A DNA stretch of 64,000 nucleotides, from contig CM082580.2 in assembly GCA_040954595.2 (NCBI GenBank), positions 4,764,783-4,828,782 of the forward strand. The letters are read 5' to 3'. The notes beneath the pieces are model-generated. The model was not told where the DNA came from. It saw only the letters and a program-made list of their open reading frames with translations, and made no database searches. Below, one piece after another: positions 57,101-64,000 of the stretch. Both the position numbers and the translations under genes were made by a program. Origin of the DNA: Balanoglossus misakiensis (lineage: Eukaryota > Animalia > Hemichordata). Every line of letters begins with the position of its first letter. Position 1 is the stretch's first letter.

Positions 57101-60100
57101 ATGGAACTCAGATTTTTTTCTGGGATGGCGAACAGGTACCTATGGAACTGTGATTGTTACATTGCAATTGGTGCAGTTATTCTCTTTGTACAATTTTCTG
57201 AAAGAAAATCCTGGTAATAATAATGCACACCTGTCATAAACTGAGGAGTTCCATTTTACAATAAATATCCATATGTACTATGCAGTATGCATTCACTTGA
57301 TGACACTATGTCAAGTGTCTGTGTGTTGGACCCATGTACAGAGTCACTGCTCTGAAGGGTCCTTTGAGGTCATGAAAGACAACTCTTACCTGTCCAAATG
57401 ATTTGAAGTGAATTAATAGAAAAAAAAAGATGTATAATCACGGATGTCAGAGTTTGTTCGCAAAATTCATGTGCAGCCATGTACATGACTAATGTAGTAG
57501 ACTTAACTTCATCCATGGCCATAGTTTGTGAATAACCATGTAGTACATTTTAGAAATACATTGTTCGCAACCTCTGAATGATACCCTTATTAATGTTCCA
57601 TATAAGCGATATGATTTTTGTTTCTGTAATTCTCTGTGCAGGTGGATGGTGTGTCCATCAGACCCGGCGACAGTTGCGAACCGTTACTCCTGACGGTGAC
57701 GTACAACAAATCAGATGACGTATCCGATGACCTGATGAGAGCCTTCCCCAAAGACGTCACTATCGGTGAATTGAAAGCCATACTCAGTGACTGGATCGCA
57801 ATTCCTGCAGAAGACATGGTGCTGAGTCGCGTCCAGTCCAAACCTGTCATGTTGTCGAAAAACGACGACGGCAAAACGCTGGTAGAGTTGGCGTTTGAAA
57901 ATGGCGAGAAATTGACGGCTGAGAGCCGGAAAAAGAAGGGGTGAGTTGATAAATGGGAGTCTATAAACAGTTGACAAGATATGAAATGTAAAATGAAGGA
58001 TATATTCAAATGGTCATGTTTTACATGTAGTGATGTATTATAATTATACTTGTGTAGAAACTCATACTCTTGACAATTGCATACTGAGATGAAACTTTCC
58101 ATTTAGATCCAGAAGATATCTTCAAACCTCAGATTTGTTGATGGTACTAATCTTGTGGTGTTACTTGTGCATACCTTTCCAAATAATGGCCATATTTGCA
58201 TTTATCGACAGAAATTCCATCAAGTTGGCGGAAGCTGAAGCTGAAAAGCAAAATAAAATGATGTCATTAATCGTTGAAAACAGATGCTGTCATAAAAGTG
58301 GTGACGTTGAGAATTGGCCTGTTACGCCAGTGGAAATTCTGAAAGACCAAGTGAGTATTGGGGATGGGTTGGAGATTTACTGTGATTCATTTAACCTTGA
58401 CTCTACCATCATGAAGTATATGTAGGTTAGGGCGGCCCGAAAAGAGAGTGAAATTTCTTTTACAAGAATATAGATTATTTATTACAATGTACTATGTCAT
58501 GTCATGTTTTGTTACATGTTACTTTGTTTCTTTCAGTCTGTGGGAGAACTCAAAGTGTTAGTTGTTTCCAAACTTGGATTAAGTGAACTACCCAAAGAAG
58601 GAAGGCGGCTTCGCATATTGGACGATAATTTGGGACTCAAACCACCATGTAGGTATAGCATTGATTTTACGGTGGTAGTTCAACAACTTGAAACTTATTG
58701 CCATTCTCTTTGCTTGGAGAAGTGTTATCAGATTTTACATCATTAAATGTAGATTTCCCTGGCTTTTCTTAGCAATGCACTATTTTATAGAAAAAAGTAT
58801 CACATTTCACTGTTCATATCTTGGATAGTATCAACATGAAGAACTATAATGCAGAAGACTTGAAAGAGATAATGCAAAAAAAATGTAATCCTGTACATGC
58901 AAGTAGGGAAATTCAAAATGGGTTTGTCTATTGTAGTCTTTGGGATGATATTCTGTACATGTATTTGTTTCTTTCAATATTCAGTGCATGAGAATCAGGA
59001 TATTGAGGCTGCTGGGATCAGACAAGGCATGCAATTGGTTATTGAACCAGGTGCACCACCCAAGACAAACCAGGTAGAGTGAATGTTCAGAGAAAATGGT
59101 TACTGGACTGCTTGAATGATTTTTAATGTCAACAGAGTGTAAAATATTAATTTTTTTTCAGTCTGTAAAAAATGTATTACATTGTATTAACGAGTGGGCC
59201 ATCAAAAATGAAAAATATCATACCTATAGTCTTCTGAAGGGAAACATTTAGAACAAGTTTGACTTGGTAATTACATAGCATTTATATGTATCATCACTCA
59301 TAAAATTATATATTATGGCCCAGACAGTGCAACTGTTATGAATATTGAAACAGTTAGCATCTACAGTCACAGGTTATGACTTGTAGCACTATACATTTAT
59401 ATACAATTCATTAACACAGGTACACCTTTCATTATGTCGTTATGGCGATACACAGCGCCCTCTAAGTTACAATTTTTCTTCCTCCACATGAAAAAGTTGT
59501 CTGAATTGGACAACATTAGCTTTTCTGACAGTGTATAGTTGTGTGAAGATTCTATCAAGGTGAATTCTGACTGACAGTTGCTGTATAAATAGTTCTTTTA
59601 CAATTCTAGGAGACATTGATACCATGGCTATGCAGGAGAACTATCTTTGTCTTCTGAGTGCTGAAAATGCTTTTTTGCTGACATTTTGCGTATGATCTAT
59701 TTCAGATCACTGTGACATTTACACCTGGGAACAATCCAGATAGGGAAATTACAGTGGATAGAAATGTCACTATTGAAAAGGTAATGGTTCAGTGGCGATG
59801 TTGAAGTTCTTTTTAGGTCAGCAGGCAAATATGAATTTGATGTACTGACCATCAACCTATAAGCCAAAATTTTCACTTTTTAAAAAATGACAGGGTTTCG
59901 CATAAACTGTTATTGTAAGGGGGTTCAATAATGTTGATAGAACTAATTTGAATTTTTTGTGTCTGTAGTTTTTGAAATTAATGCTTGAGAAGAGCGACCT
60001 TGAAGGTTGTGACTGGCATGTGAGAAAGACAAACTGGTGTGGTGAAGCTGCTGAAATTATGGATGATCCTGTAAGTAATATCAAATAGTTTGGTTGTTTC

Positions 60101-61352
60101 TAGCAAGAGACTTGCAGTTATCTCTTACATTGGAGATAAGTCTCTTGTCGTTGTAGCAAATGATATTTGCTTCCATGAAAATGCAATTTTAATTTATATC
60201 AGGCTAAAATTGTCCATATAAAAAGAGTTGCATAAATACATAAAATTACAGAACAGCGGAACACCAATATGAAAAGTCCTACAGAAAAAAACCCGGATAA
60301 TTATTGTAAGAAGGTACTCATTATACAGATAATCATGAAAACTGAAGCTTAATCATTGAATGGTGATAAAGTATGAGTTCTTCTAAAGTGTCAATATATT
60401 CTGTTCGCAGCAGTTACAGAAATCTGTGTTAAGAACAGCGCCACCAACGTCAATGTGCCAAACATGGCATAAATCACTGAGTCTTCCATGTTTGATTTAG
60501 AACTGATGTTAGAATTGTTGAATCTCAGTGTGTGTGTCCAGTGCTTCATTGAACGAGGGGGTTAGATGGCATCCTATTTTAAGATAAAACAGGTTCTTAA
60601 TCAGAAAGTTATATCTGCACAGACTACAGTTTCCATATTGTGTTAATTTTCTGTGAACCACAGACCCCTTGTGAATATTAACCTTCATGTCAATGAACTA
60701 GGTCAAATACTGAGACACAGTTCTAATCTTTTATAAAACAAAACCTTGATATCATTGAATTTAAATCGGTGTATAAATTTGAATGTTATAGGTTTTCACA
60801 GTGACCTTGATGTTATTTACTTCTGTGAAAAATGTAGTAAGAAATGCATGGGTGAATATTATTATCACGAGTTACCATTCTTACAGTATTTCAAGTATCT
60901 GAGACCCAGTGCATCCTGTTTGGAAACATATCAAATTCAGTATACTTTTCAGTTCATCTGGTATGGTTATAACTGCATTGAAATACACTAACTGGTCACC
61001 TGATAAATTGTACATAATGTTGATCAAGTCATACTAATCACACATATCGTTGATTTGTTTTATCATATTTGTAAATTAATTATTTAAGAATTCTGTCAAT
61101 GCCATCTCGTACTGTAACTGGCATGAACTCACATACTGATCACCAGATCAAATCTCTGTTGTTGATAAACACCCCAGGATTTGACCTTGGAAAAGGAACA
61201 TGTACAGAATGGAGACCATGTGTTGATACAGGAAGGGAAACTGCCACCTAGGGGGTACATGAGGCTCTCTATCTTCCTCTACAATTCACCCAACCAGGGA
61301 ACTTCAGCAGCGAGCCAAGGTGTCTTGTCTTGGATTGCAAGTGGTATTACAA
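45139..61352 (+). CDS. USP40: Ubiquitin carboxyl-terminal hydrolase 40-like (USP family deubiquitinase), 3'-incomplete in window
   Basis: Exons 45139-45337, 46045-46112, 48469-48582, 49228-49353, 50033-50071, 50638-50784, 51736-51879, 52209-52334, 52755-52901, 53382-53450, 53817-54061, 54369-54529, 55217-55298, 55602-55773, 56277-56370, 57062-57135, 57642-57940, 58212-58350, 58537-58648, 58985-59073, 59706-59780, 59969-60070, 61178-61352; all GT-AG and in phase. Cys box [22 protein letters not shown], Zn ribbon CQEC/CERC, His box [55 protein letters not shown] is USP40-specific as I recall the family. Confidence 0.95.
46275..46456. repeat. Degenerate long hairpin of similar design
   Basis: Perfect 21-bp core arms at 46335-46355 and 46378-46398 (TCTGACCATAATATTGATGAT), with imperfect outer arms. 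The loop contains GCAGGCGAGGG, similar to the apex at about 47080. Confidence 0.6.
46992..47449. mobile_element. Bipartite hairpin/inverted-repeat element (possibly non-autonomous Crypton-like)
   Basis: About 190-bp hairpin at 46992-47182 with apex GAGGCCGCAGGCCGA, directly abutting a 22-bp IR (21/22 match) at 47182-47203 and 47428-47449. Confidence 0.65.
48957..49150. repeat. Degenerate (GACA)n repeat
   Basis: Directly visible interrupted GACA/GTCA units upstream of USP40 exon 4. Confidence 0.75.
50822..50893. repeat. Near-perfect 72-bp palindrome in USP40 intron 6
   Basis: 33-bp perfect arms TTGGTTTATAGATTTCTTGCTTTCAACAGAGTG / CACTCTGTTGAAAGCAAGAAATCTATAAACCAA around GTCGAG. Confidence 0.92.
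52380..52527. mobile_element. Small MITE with GGTCACCGCGCT terminal inverted repeat
   Basis: GGTCACCGCGCTTGTTTTTGA at 52382 pairs with TCAAAATAGAGCGCGGTGACC ending 52525. Target duplication unclear. Confidence 0.55.
52980..53186. mobile_element. Tc1/mariner-type MITE copy (reverse orientation)
   Basis: TA-CTGTTAAACATGTTATTTTCGCGA...TCGCGAAAATAACATGTTTTACA. Interior resembles the reverse complement of 21909-22112. Confidence 0.72.
54572..54655. mobile_element. About 85-bp piggyBac-like MITE
   Basis: TTAA-CCCTTTCACC...GGTGCAAGGG-TTAA, with homologous copies elsewhere in the window. Confidence 0.8.
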
Positions 61353-64000
61353 GTGAGTTTGTATTTATTGTGTTTGCTTTGTGACATTTCTACCCAACTC
61401 TTACTTTGACAGACGAAGATAGCATATTTTTACATTATTTATCTGACTGTTATTGGGGTATACACTGGAAATTATGCAAGAATTGTTGTGCTTTAAAACT
61501 CTTTAAAAGCCAATAAGTTGTCATTTCATATCAGAACTTTGTGTATATCTTCTGCAATCATTTAAAACAACAACAAGCTTGAAATATATGTCCTTAAAGT
61601 CTAAATATTATTGCTTTTTATAAATGAGATTGCTAACTCAGCATTTTTTTGCAATTATTGTAAAGCAAGAAAATAATTGTTTAGAGATGAGAGTCTTTCA
61701 AATCTTTGAAAAACAATAAATCTTTGAAAGAGACAAAGTCACTCAAAGTGAAGTGATGTCAAGAAATATCTGAAAAACGAAAACAGGGTGAATATGCACA
61801 TTGCCATTAGCCAGTTTCTTGCAATTTGCGTTCACTGACCACTTCACATTGTGTCTGTCGTAGTTCTCGTCTTTAAATGATTTTCATCCAAAAAGTCATT
61901 TCAATTGTTTTTTGGGCCTCTTTTCCACACTCTCGCCATAATATCAACTTTGGTTGCTTATCTTTGGAAAACCGGAACTGTTTTTTTTTTTTTTTTCATT
62001 TGACCTTGTCTTTATAGGACTGAAAAAAAATCAAACTACTGTATCCTTGAAAATATTTAATTCCTGATTTTCTGATTTTGGTTTCACACATAGTATATCA
62101 TCAGATACCTCGGTTGACTTTTGTATGGTCGTTTGAATGGTGTTTTCTTGACAGTGATTTGGTAAACCGAACTTCTCATATTGAGTGGCAACCGGGACCA
62201 GGGCCAGCATATTGCATCCACACATGTAAATTTAGTCTAACACAGTTTCGATGCCAGATCTGAACTGTCCGGACTAAACTAGTCTCAGCCAGCTCTGTTC
62301 TGACATATGTTCGAATTGATACATGGAGCCCAATCAAAACCTACATCTTTGCACGCTTTGTAGGGCAGGCACTGTTGTGAACTCCACTTACTGACAAGCT
62401 ATTTATTCTGATAACTTGATGATTTTACAACTGTCCAAAGTTCAGTACTGGCAATTTTGGAGGCCAAAATATATGGCGAACAAGAAGATTAGTTGTGCAT
62501 CAGAAAGAAATTATATAAAGTTTGTGATGACAGTACCATCAATAATGTCACTATTAAGTTTATGAACAATCTGTCTTGGAACTCAGTTGCTAGTATTCTG
62601 CTATGTATTATGATATAATTTTACTATTCTCCAAGTGTTTACCACATTGACCTAAGCCTTAGCAATGCTCATAGTCAGTAGACTACCGTACAACACCAGT
62701 TTTGGTTCAGTTGCAGCCTTCTAGAGCACAAAAAATTGTTAGGAATGACTTAACCAATTACTGTACAGATCTTGTGTGCATTGTAGACATACATTAGTGA
62801 CTCAATCTAGCAAAAGTATAGAACCTTTAGGGTACCAGTGAGAAAATCACTGATTAATTTGCCAAAGGTTACAGCGATATGAAAACTCTAATAATATATT
62901 AGGCCATCATTACAAGCTGTTACATGGAAATAAAAATTTACGTGTAATCACCAGCATCATTGCGGATTAAAACTATAAAAAGATGAGGGATATAATTTCA
63001 ATTGAAAAATTATTTCAAAAAATCTGATCAAACACAGCTTGGGAATTTACCATATTCACTGTGGTTATTCTGCCGCTGTTTTATTTGGATTTAGATTCTT
63101 TTACTAAAATTCCTCATAATGATTGTAAAATTGATAATAATTATAGTTATCTGAGAATAGTGGGTAATTTAGTGCACCAGGATTCTGTATGTAGACAGTA
63201 GACATGAATACTTGTAACACGGGAATGACCAAGGGATGATTTTCTATGATTAATAAATATGTTTGACAATATTAAAAACCCAGAAGTAGTAGTTTACAAT
63301 AATATTGCATAAGGCTAAATGAATTTCTTATATGTAATATTTACATCTCAAAGCTCCTTGATTGTAATTATTCGTTAACAGGTGGAAAGTCATCACTCAT
63401 TGATAGGTTTATACTGTAGGAAGATAGGGGTTAGCTAATACTGAATTTAAAGACAAGTGTTTCAAGTAACATCTGATTTTATCATGAATGAGAGATCTTC
63501 ATTTGTCCAGTGCAGTGGTGAAAGAACACAGTTGAAGGTACACATTCAACAAGAAACTATAAATCGGGTACAGTTGGTGTTTGAGTGTAGTTTTGAAATG
63601 TCACAGTCCAGTGATAGAGGAGGGACCGTGGAAATGTGTATTTAAGATTATTGCAAGCTCTTCATCCGATGTAAAACTCAATTTCTCAGAAATAAGTCAA
63701 AATATTGAGAACTTTTCCAGAAATGGATCCTGTTGTTGAGGCCTTCACCAAGTGTGGTGATTACCGCCCCCCTACCCTGATTCCTCCCACACCCCTCCCC
63801 CACACAGTAAAACTTGTAGAGCTTGAAACATGAAACGATTGTATGATGTGTGGGGAGTGTATTCATTGCTTGAGGATGTGAATATAGCTTGTGTGGAAAT
63901 TGCATGCATCATTCATAACGGTTAACCTACTCTTTACCCTTCATACAAAATGTCAAATATACAGTTACTGTCCACTGTATGCCATAATAACTGTCACGAA

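Noticed and set aside
57590-58102. 170-aa minus-strand ORF
   Set aside because: Antisense shadow of USP40 exon 57642-57940.
63457-63905. ORFs near the right edge as further USP40 exons
   Set aside because: Phase-compatible readings hit stops quickly and do not resemble the USP40 C-terminal region.
1-64000. CRISPR arrays, rRNA/tRNA genes, transposase or reverse-transcriptase ORFs
   Set aside because: No regularly spaced repeat-spacer array, RNA-gene signature, or DDE/RT/tyrosine-recombinase motif was seen; the DNA is eukaryotic and spliced.

Overview
This is AT-rich, intron-containing animal genomic DNA. The repeat types and gene structures suggest a marine invertebrate, but the taxon cannot be fixed from sequence alone. 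I reconstructed four spliced protein-coding genes by hand from GT-AG sites and reading-phase continuity; they form two head-to-head pairs. Pair 1: a Pur-alpha/PURA-family gene (minus strand, first two coding exons at 4850-4808 and 3362-3262, running off the left edge) diverges across about 270 bp from an unrecognised 6-exon, 339-aa gene (plus, 5124-10096). Pair 2: a 15-exon, about 1552-aa gene (minus, 44357-17820) with an N-terminal SEC14/CRAL-TRIO + spectrin-like module, a 2.25-kb exon encoding a low-complexity region, a C-terminal coiled coil and no recognisable RhoGEF domain. It diverges across about 780 bp from a USP40-like deubiquitinase (plus, from 45139, 23 exons traced, continuing past the right edge). 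Non-coding DNA carries MITEs of PIF/Harbinger, Kolobok-like, piggyBac-like and Tc1/mariner type, three hairpin elements with a shared architecture (possibly Crypton-derived), a near-perfect 72-bp intronic palindrome, microsatellites, and a strong, regionally clustered excess of the palindrome TACATGTA. Most ORFs in the supplied track are spurious. I found no tRNA, rRNA, CRISPR array or autonomous transposase, and no complete new multi-gene system that the sequence alone can establish.
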